DNA from: Acidimicrobiales bacterium
Lineage (GTDB): Bacteria; Actinomycetota; Acidimicrobiia; Acidimicrobiales; Ilumatobacteraceae
Direction: 5' to 3'
Length of the DNA: 64,000 nucleotides
NCBI GenBank assembly: GCA_038244535.1
Contig: JBBRTJ010000001.1
Location: 10,861 to 74,860 of the forward strand
Shown piece after piece: positions 36,039-44,859 of this stretch. Below the pieces are notes generated by a model. The model saw nothing but the letters and a program-made list of their open reading frames with translations, was not told where the DNA came from and searched no databases. The first letter of the stretch is position 1. Every line of letters starts with the position of its first letter. The position numbers and the translations under genes were made by a program.

Positions 36039-36344
36039 ATGGCCAGTGCTTGTTGACCACCACTGCCCGTGGGAGATCCCAGCGTTCCAGGGGTGCCGAT
36101 TGGTTGTTCGAACGTGAACAGATCGGGGCGACATCGATCAACTGCCCCACTGTGGGGTGGGCGGGGATCGCTCGCCGCGTGGCGAGCTGAGTCACTCGGA
36201 AGGCGACCGGATCATCGAGGCCCGGAACCGTTCCTCGATGGTCTAGCGCCGCGAATCGGCTGCGCTCCATCGGCTGTGACCACGGCTCGAAATGGGCGAA
36301 CTGGCCGAAGGCTCATCAGTCTCCAGCACCAGTCCGTCTGACCG

Positions 36345-36728
36345 TCAGTCCAACGCCGCGATCAAGACGAGCACGAGCAGACCGAGGTTGCGCACGACGG
36401 TCCAGGGGCCAATGGGTCTGGTGGACAGGCGCCCGAAGCAGGCGCACGGCGGCCGCTCCCCCCGCGCCAGCTTCACGATGACGAACGCCGTGAACGCGGC
36501 GAGGAGCGCGGCGGCGGCGAGGTCGGTCCACGGCGTGCCGAGGCCGGTGGCCACCGCGGCCCCGAGACCGAGCTCGAGCCACGGGACGCCGATCGCGAGC
36601 ACGGCTGGGATGCCGAGGTCGCGCGCCTGTGACCGCCAGGTGTGATCGGCGAGCTTGAGCGCGCCCGAAGCGAGCAGGACCGCACCCACCAGTACCCCGG
36701 CACCGGTGGCGACCAGGCCTCCGCTCAT
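36345..36728 (-). CDS. MauE/DoxX-family membrane protein
   Basis: 127 aa, 4 TM, CACFG motif typical of MauE-like proteins. Confidence 0.7.
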   Translation of the reverse strand: MSGGLVATGAGVLVGAVLLASGALKLADHTWRSQARDLGIPAVLAIGVPWLELGLGAAVATGLGTPWTDLAAAALLAAFTAFVIVKLARGERPPCACFGRLSTRPIGPWTVVRNLGLLVLVLIAALD

Positions 36729-36741
36729 CGCCCTGGCCGGC

Positions 36742-37224
36742 TCACGACTGCAGACCGCCGAGCTTCCCCTTGTGGAACAACATCGGACTCGACTCCTGCT
36801 CGGGCGCCGAGAGGGAAGTGACGCGGCCCATCACGAACCAATGATCACCGGCCTCGACCACCTGCTCGATGGTGCAGTCCATCCACGCGTGGATGCCGTC
36901 GAGAATCGGCGCACCGCTCGGCGCTGGGGTCCACGCCACGCCCTCGAACTTGTCGTCGCCCTCCTTGGCGAAACGCCAGCAGAGCTCGGCCTGATCGATC
37001 GTGAGCACGTTGACGCAGAACACACCGTGGCGCTCGATGTCGGGCCAGCTCGAGCTGTTGCGGGCCGGCAGGAACCCGACGAGGGGCGGATCAAGCGACA
37101 CCGACGTGAACGATCCGATGGTCAGACCAACCGGCTTGCCGTCGGGCGCCGCCGTCACGACCGTGACCCCGGTGGGGAAGTGGCCGAGGACGCGGCGGAA
37201 CTCCTTGCCGTCGATGGTGGTCAT
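36742..37224 (-). CDS. flavin reductase (FMN-binding split-barrel)
   Basis: 160 aa. FRRVLGHFPTGVTVVT, GSFTSVSLDPPLV. Confidence 0.88.
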   Translation of the reverse strand: MTTIDGKEFRRVLGHFPTGVTVVTAAPDGKPVGLTIGSFTSVSLDPPLVGFLPARNSSSWPDIERHGVFCVNVLTIDQAELCWRFAKEGDDKFEGVAWTPAPSGAPILDGIHAWMDCTIEQVVEAGDHWFVMGRVTSLSAPEQESSPMLFHKGKLGGLQS

Positions 37225-37233
37225 GGATCGACG

Positions 37234-38073
37234 CTACGTGAACGAGAGGGTGAGGCCCTCGGATGCGGCGATGACCTCGAACCCGGCGTGGTCGCCGAAG
37301 GCGCGGGCACACGCCAGCACCTCGTCGAGGGCGTCGTCGGAGCGCCCGGGGTCGTGGTGGAACAGCGCCAGGGTCTTGACGCCCGCTTCCTTGGCCAACC
37401 ACAGCGCATAGTCATAGGAGCAGTGACCCCAGGTGCGCTTCATCTCGAACTCGGCTCGCGTGTACTGGGCGTCGTGGATGAGCAGGTCGGCCCCCTGGGC
37501 CAGTTCGAGGGCGGACTCGGCGATGCCGAACGAGCCGTCGTGCGGTTGCTGGTGGTCGCTGAGGTAGGCCACCGAAGTGCCCTCCCAGGTGACCCGATAG
37601 CCGTTGGTGCGACCGACGTGGGGGATCTCGCCGCTGAGCACCTCGGCCTCGCCGATCTGCATCACGCCCGGGGGCCGCTCGATGAAGCGGATGGCACCAG
37701 GCAGATCCGTCACCGTGATCGGGAAGTACGGCTCGCGCATGAACAGGTCGAAGGCGTCGCGCACGCTCGAGCCGTTGACCGGCGCCGGCGCGTAGATGTC
37801 GAGCTCGGACCCGGGCCGCAGCACCGGCACGAAGAAGGGCAGCCCCTGGATGTGGTCCCAATGAAGATGCGACACCAGCACGGTTCCGCGGAAGGTGCCG
37901 TCGCACGGCTGAGACTCGCCGAAGTACCGAAGGCCGGTGCCCATGTCGAGCACGATCGGAGGCTGGCCCGCCACCTCGAGCGCTACACACGACGTGCTGC
38001 CGCCATAGCGGCGAACGGATGGCCCGCAGCACGGCGTTGATCCCCTGACCCCATAGAACGTCACGTTGAGCAA
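37234..38073 (-). CDS. MBL-fold metallo-hydrolase
   Basis: C-terminal part of ORF 37234..39564. TTG 38073 is preceded by AAGGGGGA. HLHWDH (HxHxDH) motif, FHHDP. Confidence 0.85.
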   Translation of the reverse strand: MLNVTFYGVRGSTPCCGPSVRRYGGSTSCVALEVAGQPPIVLDMGTGLRYFGESQPCDGTFRGTVLVSHLHWDHIQGLPFFVPVLRPGSELDIYAPAPVNGSSVRDAFDLFMREPYFPITVTDLPGAIRFIERPPGVMQIGEAEVLSGEIPHVGRTNGYRVTWEGTSVAYLSDHQQPHDGSFGIAESALELAQGADLLIHDAQYTRAEFEMKRTWGHCSYDYALWLAKEAGVKTLALFHHDPGRSDDALDEVLACARAFGDHAGFEVIAASEGLTLSFT

Positions 38074-38160
38074 GTGGTCCCCCTTGGGTAGCGGACGATA
38101 CGTACCCCGAGGGAGACGTGGCAATGTCGCGAGGTGTGACGGATGTAGCACCGGGGTGGG

Positions 38161-39660
38161 GTGCAGCGTACGGTTCCCGCCATGAGCGTGACGACCACGG
38201 CCACCCCGCCGGCTCCCACGGTGGCGCCCCCGTTGCCCGACGGCCTCGTAGCCGTGGTGAAGCGTGAGTGCGCCACCTGCGTGCTGGTCACCCCGGTCCT
38301 GGCCCAGCTGGCCTCCGCACCGAGCGTGACGCTGTCGGTGTTCACCCAGGACGACCCGGACTTTCCGGATGGCATCAGCAGCATGCACGATGACGACCTC
38401 GCACTGAGCTGGCACCACGACATCGAGACCGTGCCCACGCTGCTGCGGGTAGAGGGTGGACGCGAGGTGGGCCGCATCGTCGGCTGGAGCCGCCCGGAGT
38501 GGGAGGCCTTCACCGGCGTCGCCGACCTCGGCCCGGGGCTGCCTGAGTGGCGGCCGGGCTGCGGTTCGCTCAGCGTCGACCCGAACCTGGCCGACGACCT
38601 CCGAGTGCGCTTCACCGGGTCGACCCTGCGGGGCCGGCGAGTCGAGCTGGCCAGCCTCGAGGACGAGTGGGAGGCGATGTTCGACCGCGGCTGGACCGAC
38701 GGCCTGCCCGTCGTGCCCCCCACCGAGGCCCGCGTGCTGCGGATGTTGGAAGGCACGACCCGCCACCCCCAGGACGTCGTTGCCATCGTGCCGCCCGACC
38801 TGGTCGCCGTCACGGTCGAGAAGGTCGCCGTCAACGCGGTGATGGCGGGCTGCAAGCCCGAGTACCTGCCTGTGGTGCTCGCGGCCGTCGAGGCCGCCTG
38901 CAACGACGAGTTCAACATCCACGGCGTGCTCGCCACCACGATGCCGGTGGGGCCACTGATCATCGTCAACGGGCCCATCCGCCGGGCCATCGGGATGAAC
39001 AGCGGCATCAACGTGCTCGGCCAGGGCAACCGGGCCAACTCCACCATTGGCCGGGCCTTGCAGCTCGTGATCCGCAACGTCGGCGGCGGACGGCCGAACG
39101 AGGTCGATCGCGCCACCCACGGCAACCCCGGCAAGGTCGGGTGGTGCGTCCCCGAGGACGAGGAGGGATCGCCGTGGACGCCGCTGTCGGTGGCCCGAGG
39201 GTTCCCGGCCGGTATGAGCACCGTGACGCTGTTCCCGGCCGAGGGCCCGCGGTGCGTGGTCGATCAGCTCGCCCGTGACGCCGGCCAGCTCGCGACCTCG
39301 TTCGCCGCCGCCCTGCGCACCGTGCACCACCCGAAGCTGCCACTCGGCTTTGACGCCGTGCTCGTCGTCGGCCCCGAGCACGCTCGCGTGTTCGCCGATG
39401 CCGGCTGGAACCGCGAGCAGCTCGTGGCCGAGCTCGACGCCCGCCTGCAGCTCCCCGGATCCGAGATCATCCGTGGTGCCGGGGGCATGGCCGAGGGGAT
39501 CCCCGAGCGCCTGCGCGACGCCACGCTGCCCAAGTTCCGCCCTGGCGGCCTCCTGGTGGTGCACGCCGGTGGCGGAGCGGGCCTGTTCTCGACCGTCATC
39601 GGTGGCTGGGCCAACGGCGCCATCGGGAGCCAGCCGGTCACCAAGGAGATCACCTCATGA
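38161..39660 (+). CDS. thioredoxin-fold N-terminal domain fused to an uncharacterised ~370-aa domain
   Basis: 499-aa ORF (ATG 38182 is an alternative start). KRECATCVLV CxxC plus a downstream ETVPTL cis-Pro loop give a Trx fold. I did not recognise the rest. Its stop overlaps the next start (ATGA at 39657..39660). Confidence 0.75.
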   Translation: MQRTVPAMSVTTTATPPAPTVAPPLPDGLVAVVKRECATCVLVTPVLAQLASAPSVTLSVFTQDDPDFPDGISSMHDDDLALSWHHDIETVPTLLRVEGGREVGRIVGWSRPEWEAFTGVADLGPGLPEWRPGCGSLSVDPNLADDLRVRFTGSTLRGRRVELASLEDEWEAMFDRGWTDGLPVVPPTEARVLRMLEGTTRHPQDVVAIVPPDLVAVTVEKVAVNAVMAGCKPEYLPVVLAAVEAACNDEFNIHGVLATTMPVGPLIIVNGPIRRAIGMNSGINVLGQGNRANSTIGRALQLVIRNVGGGRPNEVDRATHGNPGKVGWCVPEDEEGSPWTPLSVARGFPAGMSTVTLFPAEGPRCVVDQLARDAGQLATSFAAALRTVHHPKLPLGFDAVLVVGPEHARVFADAGWNREQLVAELDARLQLPGSEIIRGAGGMAEGIPERLRDATLPKFRPGGLLVVHAGGGAGLFSTVIGGWANGAIGSQPVTKEITS

Positions 39661-40178
39661 GCACGATCATCATCGACCCGACCGGTGAGCGATCCGTGGT
39701 CGAGCGGACCCTGACCGAGCGGCCCGTCTCGCTCGAGGGCAGGGTCGTCGGCCTGCTCGACATCTCCAAGCCTCGAGGCGACATCTTCTTGAACCGCATC
39801 GAGGAGCGCCTGACCGGTCTCGGCGCGAAGGTGCTGCGCTTCAAGAAGCCGACCTTCACCAAGCCCGCCCCCGTCGACCTGCGCCATGAGATCGCGATGC
39901 AGTGCGAGGTGGTCATCGAAGCGCTCGCCGATTGAGGCAGCTGCACGTCGTGCAGTGTGCACGACATCGCTGATCTCGAATCCCGCGGCATCCCGAGCGC
40001 CTTCGTGGCGACGGTCGAGTTCATCACCGCCGCCGAGGCCCAGTCGGCCTCGCTCGGCTTGGCCACGGCCCGGGTCTTCACGCCGCACCCCGTGCAGGAC
40101 CGCACCGACGCCGAGATGGTCGAGTACGCCGACTCCGTCTTCGACGAGATCGTGAGCAAGGTCACCCGTACTCCCTAG
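39657..40178 (+). CDS. probable selenoprotein, UGSC-motif family (Sec at TGA 39933..39935)
   Basis: ORFs 39657..39935 and 39957..40178 share a frame. Read-through gives ...VVIEALAD-U-GSCTSCSVHDIADLESRG.... A stable hairpin starts 11 nt after the TGA. Confidence 0.75.
39947..39965 (+). promoter_or_regulatory. SECIS-like hairpin
   Basis: GTCGTGCA (39947..39954) pairs with TGCACGAC (39958..39965), loop GTG. An alternative nested stem CTGCAC/GTGCAG exists. The position relative to the UGA fits a bacterial SECIS. Confidence 0.5.
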
Positions 40179-40262
40179 GCGGCGCGTATCTTGCCGCCGC
40201 CTACCGCCTCATGAACCGATGTGCGGGCACCCCCGTGCTCAGTCGACAAGGAGCGTGCTGTC

Positions 40263-42107
40263 ATGGGTTTTCCTGTTGCCGGTGGAGTTGGCCTGGCCAC
40301 GTGGACCGACGCGGCCGGAGCGGGCTCGCTTGTACCGGTTGACTACTTTCCCGGGTTGATACGGGACAGCGCGCAGCAGGCGTGGACGCAGTACCACGAC
40401 GACTTGGTGACGGCGCTGAGCAAGGAGCTCGGCATCGGCGACCTGGTCACGTCCGGCGTCACCTTGTACGACATCAACATCACGATCGCCCCAGACGTCT
40501 CGCTGAGCGTCGACCGCGACGGCAACGGTGACCTGTTGGTGACCCTGACCACGGGCGGATGCTCCATCACGGCGACGGCCACCCAACCGACAGCCCTCGG
40601 CAGTTGGGCCGACCCGCGGTTCTCCTTCGACTTCGCCCTCGACCTCACCTATCGCATCGACCTGCCGCCGACCACGGGGCCGGTGTCGGCCACCGGGTTC
40701 ACCGAGGTGCACGTCCTGTCGCCCCACATCGACTCGCACAACCTCGTCGCCGACGTGGTGATGTTCTTCAACTCGATCTGGGACCTGTTGAGCGGTGACG
40801 GGTTCGTGCAGATGCTGGAGCGCTGGATCGCCAGCACCGACTTCGCATCATTGGTGAACCCTCTGCTGCAACCGCTCAACGACAAGCTGACCGAGCTGGC
40901 GGGTCAGGGCTTCTGGTTCCTGAACGCCGTGATCGACCGGCTCGACGGTGGAGCGGGTGGCCTGCATGGCCTGAGCATCCCGGGTGCGCCGCAGGACCGC
41001 CTCGACGTGATGCTCCTGACCCAGGGCTACGACAACAGCGGCGTGATCACGGGCGACATCACCTGGCCCGCAGCGCTTGGTCGCCCTGTGCCGACAGGTT
41101 CGTTCGAGGCGGTGGCGCTCTCGAGCCAGGTGCTCGCCGACGCAGCTGCCGTCAGCATCGGGATCGCACTGGCCGACCCTCAAGCGGCTACCCGCCTCGT
41201 GCCCAAGGTCGAGGCGCCGGCGGGGACGACGTTCACGTCGGCCGACCGGGTGCCGCTCAACCCGCAGGCACTGCCGCTGCGCCAGTCGATGCTCATGCGA
41301 GCGATGAACGTCGACGACGTGATGCTGAACCCGCAGCCGATGCCGCCGGGCGTGGATGTGACGACGGTGGCGAGTGACGTCGAGGCACAGAGCATGGCCG
41401 CCGACGTGCGCGCCGGAGTCGCCTCACGGTTCATCACGGCCCTCGGGAGCGCCAACTTCGCGGCGCTCGCCACGCTGTTCGAGCAGGGGCCGATCACGTT
41501 CGACATCCACGGGATCGTCACGCTCCCGGGCGAACCCGGCGCGCTGTTCGGCAGCGAGAAGCACGTTGGTCAAGTGGCACGCATCTCGGTGCTCGACGAC
41601 GCCACCACCTGTCGACGCCACTACGTCCTCGACCAGGTGCCGATCGGGCCGAAGTTGCCCATGCGGTGCGATCTCGCGCCGGGTTGGGTGTGGTCGGGCG
41701 GGCAGAGCGTCGCCTGCTCCCCCGACGGCTGGGACGGCTCCGTCACCGTCGGACCAGCGGTCGACTTCAGCGCTCGCATCCGCCCCCACGACCACGTGAG
41801 CTTCGAGACCGTCCGCGAGGTGCACGAGGAGTCGAGGTTCGCCGTCAACGCTGTGCGCCAGTTCGCCGCCTCGTCGACGTTGGCGCAAGCGGCCGTCGAG
41901 ATGCCGGTATCAGTCGAGATGCCGGTATCAGCGGCGATCTCCACCGAACGCGTCGTCTCCATCCCTGTCCGCAACACCGTCTCGGTGGTGAGCGAGCACG
42001 GCGCGGTGATCGCCGAGGCGCTCGTGCGTCACGATCCGTCGGGGGCCGGAGTCGTGCCGAGCATCGACTTCACGGTCGCCGCCTTCACCGCTCCCATCAT
42101 CCGTTAG
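40263..42107 (+). CDS. hypothetical 614-aa protein, no recognised domains
   Basis: ORF 40221..42107 trimmed to ATG 40263, with AAGGAG 9 nt upstream. No signal peptide or TM is apparent. Contains an in-frame tandem VEMPVS-VEMPVS. Confidence 0.75.
   Translation: MGFPVAGGVGLATWTDAAGAGSLVPVDYFPGLIRDSAQQAWTQYHDDLVTALSKELGIGDLVTSGVTLYDINITIAPDVSLSVDRDGNGDLLVTLTTGGCSITATATQPTALGSWADPRFSFDFALDLTYRIDLPPTTGPVSATGFTEVHVLSPHIDSHNLVADVVMFFNSIWDLLSGDGFVQMLERWIASTDFASLVNPLLQPLNDKLTELAGQGFWFLNAVIDRLDGGAGGLHGLSIPGAPQDRLDVMLLTQGYDNSGVITGDITWPAALGRPVPTGSFEAVALSSQVLADAAAVSIGIALADPQAATRLVPKVEAPAGTTFTSADRVPLNPQALPLRQSMLMRAMNVDDVMLNPQPMPPGVDVTTVASDVEAQSMAADVRAGVASRFITALGSANFAALATLFEQGPITFDIHGIVTLPGEPGALFGSEKHVGQVARISVLDDATTCRRHYVLDQVPIGPKLPMRCDLAPGWVWSGGQSVACSPDGWDGSVTVGPAVDFSARIRPHDHVSFETVREVHEESRFAVNAVRQFAASSTLAQAAVEMPVSVEMPVSAAISTERVVSIPVRNTVSVVSEHGAVIAEALVRHDPSGAGVVPSIDFTVAAFTAPIIR
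41895..41930 (+). repeat. perfect 18-bp in-frame tandem duplication
   Basis: GTCGAGATGCCGGTATCA at 41895..41912 is repeated at 41913..41930. Confidence 0.9.
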
Positions 42108-42181
42108 CTCCCCCGCCGCCGGTGACGACCAGGCCACCAGCCGCCGTCGCCGTCGCTGGGGTCGCCAGTAGGGTCAGACAG

Positions 42182-43183
42182 ATGCACCGCCCCCAGCGAG
42201 GGCTGTTCGCCCCCCGAATCGCGGCGACGGTCGTGGTGATCGCTGCGGCGAGCGCCACCATGGCGATCACCGTCCCAGTCGCCGTGGCCGCGCCCGTGAA
42301 ACCGACGACGACCACCACGACCACGCCCCGGCCGCCCGCCGTGAACCTTCCCAAGGTCTTCCTCCTCGGCGACTCCATCATGGCCGGGCTGCCCTTCGGC
42401 ACCGGCCTGAAGGCTCTCCAGGGTTCGTACGCAGTCACGATCGACGCCCAGGTCTGCCGCCGCCTCACCGGTGCGAGCTGCTCCTACCAGGGAAAGACCC
42501 CGGCCAACGCGCTCACCGTCGCCCAGACCAATCGCACCAAGCTTGCGGGGCAGGTCGTGGTCGTGATGGCGGGCTACAACGACAGCTCGGTGGCCGCCCC
42601 ACTGGCCACCTTCATGCAGCTGTTCGAGGCGGCCGGCGTGCGCGAGGTGGTGTGGGCGACCTACCGCAACCTCAAGGGCGTCTACAACGCCTCGAACGCC
42701 ACCTTGCTGGCCGCCCCCGCCACCTACCCGAAGCTGACCGTGGCCGACTGGGACGCCTTCTCGAAAGGCAAGACCACGTGGTTCGGCAGCGACGGCCTCC
42801 ACCTGACCGGCGCGGGCTCGGCGGCGCTCGGAGCGTTCCTGCACGACCAGATCGAACTGGCCCTGGCCGCCAGCGGTCCCGGAGCGGGCACCACCACGTC
42901 CGGGCCGGTGGCCACTGCTGCGCCGGCCTCCAGCGCGGTGACGCTGTCGGGCGCCGGCCTCGCCTCGACGGCGCCGGGTGCGGCCGGCCCCGACGCCCGG
43001 CCCGCTGGCCTTCCGATCGGCGGCGCCGCCGGCCCACCGGACCCAGCCGGAAGCAGCAGCCCCGACCTGAGCCTCGCCTCGATGGGCGGCGCCGCGCTGG
43101 CGATGGCTGTGCTCATCGGGGGCGTGGCCTGGATCATGGTGCGCCGGCGCACCAACCCGTTCGACTTCGACACGGAGTCGTGA
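42182..43183 (+). CDS. secreted SGNH/GDSL-family hydrolase with a C-terminal membrane anchor
   Basis: ORF 41666..43183 trimmed to ATG 42182. Signal peptide, Thr/Pro linker, FLLGDSIMAG (block I), GYNDS, DGLHLT (block V), and a C-terminal TM. Confidence 0.8.
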   Translation: MHRPQRGLFAPRIAATVVVIAAASATMAITVPVAVAAPVKPTTTTTTTPRPPAVNLPKVFLLGDSIMAGLPFGTGLKALQGSYAVTIDAQVCRRLTGASCSYQGKTPANALTVAQTNRTKLAGQVVVVMAGYNDSSVAAPLATFMQLFEAAGVREVVWATYRNLKGVYNASNATLLAAPATYPKLTVADWDAFSKGKTTWFGSDGLHLTGAGSAALGAFLHDQIELALAASGPGAGTTTSGPVATAAPASSAVTLSGAGLASTAPGAAGPDARPAGLPIGGAAGPPDPAGSSSPDLSLASMGGAALAMAVLIGGVAWIMVRRRTNPFDFDTES

Positions 43184-43246
43184 ACGGCGCCCCCCGGGCG
43201 CTCACGGGGGAGTCGGAGGGCTCCTGAACGACGCCCGCGGGCGCGC

Positions 43247-44110
43247 TCAGGGGAGCCGAAGGGCTCCGTCGCGGCACTCGACGAGCCCATCGGCGAGCAG
43301 TCCGGCGATGATCCGCTCGGCCCGCTCGGGATCGGTCGCCAACCCGGTGGCCCCGCCCACGGCTGCGCCCACGAGAGGCCCCGCGACCAGCGCCGCCAGC
43401 ACTCGGCCCCGAGCCTGGCGGTCACTGCCCGCGTACGCCGCTTGCCGACCGCTCACGCCGGCCGAGCCGTGGGCCGGATCGGGCTCGGGGTGACCGGCGG
43501 CCGACCACGCACAGCCAGCCGCCAAAGGGCACCCGCCGCAGGCCCACGCCCGGGCGGTGCACACCGTCGCTCCGAGATCCAGCATCGCCTGGTTCCACGC
43601 CCACGCCTGCCCCGGGGGCAGCAGCGCATCGGCCGCTGACTGGACCTCCCGCGGCGAGAGGCGCCGCCCGGCGCGACGCGCCAGGACCCGGGCCACGTTG
43701 GTGTCGACCACGGCCGCATCGGCCTCGAAGGCAAAGGCCAACAGGGCACGCGCCGTGTAGGCGCCGACACCGGCCAGCGCGACGAGCCCCTCGTAGGTGT
43801 GCGGCAGACGTCCACCGAGATCGTCACGGATGACCCGGGCGGCCTCATGCAGCCGCTGCGCGCGGCGCGGGTAGCCCAGCCCCTGCCATTCGCGCAGCAC
43901 GTCGCCGAGCGCGGCGCCTGCGCACGCCGACGGGGTCGGCCATCGCTGCAGGAACGACTCGTAGCGCTTCACCACCCGGGCGGCCTGCGTCTGCTGCAAC
44001 ATGACCTCGCTCACCAGGATCGCCCACGGGTCGCGGGTGTGCCGCCACGGCAGGTCGACCCGCCGCCCGCCGCCCCAGCTCAGCAGGGCGCGTTGCTCAG
44101 CGAGCGACAC
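43247..44110 (-). CDS. mutY: A/G-specific adenine DNA glycosylase (MutY-like, HhH-GPD)
   Basis: 287 aa, GTG start. MLQQTQ, HhH LAGVGAYTARA, Fe-S loop C-x6-C-x2-C-x5-C (CTARAWACGGCPLAAGC). Confidence 0.85.
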   Translation of the reverse strand: MSLAEQRALLSWGGGRRVDLPWRHTRDPWAILVSEVMLQQTQAARVVKRYESFLQRWPTPSACAGAALGDVLREWQGLGYPRRAQRLHEAARVIRDDLGGRLPHTYEGLVALAGVGAYTARALLAFAFEADAAVVDTNVARVLARRAGRRLSPREVQSAADALLPPGQAWAWNQAMLDLGATVCTARAWACGGCPLAAGCAWSAAGHPEPDPAHGSAGVSGRQAAYAGSDRQARGRVLAALVAGPLVGAAVGGATGLATDPERAERIIAGLLADGLVECRDGALRLP

Positions 44111-44859
44111 AGGTGCACCGTCGTGACGTAGGGAAGCGTGAACGGTTGAGGGATGCCGGCGACGCGTCGACGCACCCCGTCGAACACCTCGGCCTGCTCG
44201 GACGCGGGACGTGACGCGACGTAGCTCCGGGTGGCCACGAGATCGAGCAGGCCCTCGAGATCGAGCACCTGCTCGTGGGGGAACCGACGCTCGACCACCG
44301 ACCCGTACGCGCCGCTCCGGCCGATCTCATCCGCCCAATCGATGTCCCGCTCCCACGGAAGCTCGACTCCCGCCTTGATCACGTCGTCAAGCTGGAAGAA
44401 CCATGGGAGCGCGTCGGACCGGTCGTTCCAGAGCAGTGCGAGCCCGCCGCCGGGGCGAAGGACCCGCGCCACCTCGTGGAGGAACGCCGGCCGCTCGAAC
44501 CAGTGCGCCGCATGGGCCGCCACCACCACGTCGACCGAGGCGTCGGCGAACGGCATCGTCTCGGCCGTTCCCTCGTGGACCACGACGCCGGGCGTGCTGG
44601 CGACGAGCTCGGCGCGCATGTTGGCCAGCGGCTCGACGGCGGTCAGCGACGAGCCGAACGGGACGAGGAGCCGCGTGAGCTTGCCGGTCCCGGCGCCGAG
44701 GTCGACCACCACCCGGCCGGGTTCAATGGACAGCTCGTCGGCCATCCAACCGACGGCGGCGGCTGGGTACGAGGGCCGGGCCCGCTCGTACCTGCCGGCA
44801 ACCCGGTCGAAGCTGGTGGCCGCAACGGGGACGCCGTGAGGCCGAGGCCCGTTGCTCAC
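44080..44859 (-). CDS. class I SAM-dependent methyltransferase
   Basis: ORF 44080..44919 trimmed to GTG 44859, which overlaps the upstream stop (GTGA). VVDLGAGTGKLT motif I. Confidence 0.85.
   Translation of the reverse strand: MSNGPRPHGVPVAATSFDRVAGRYERARPSYPAAAVGWMADELSIEPGRVVVDLGAGTGKLTRLLVPFGSSLTAVEPLANMRAELVASTPGVVVHEGTAETMPFADASVDVVVAAHAAHWFERPAFLHEVARVLRPGGGLALLWNDRSDALPWFFQLDDVIKAGVELPWERDIDWADEIGRSGAYGSVVERRFPHEQVLDLEGLLDLVATRSYVASRPASEQAEVFDGVRRRVAGIPQPFTLPYVTTVHLCRSLSNAPC

Noticed and set aside
36034-36270. A 78-aa ORF (and its antisense 36069..36341) in the spacer upstream of PYP.
   Set aside because: No recognisable motif, no SD, and a mixed composition. It is probably non-coding promoter or junction DNA.
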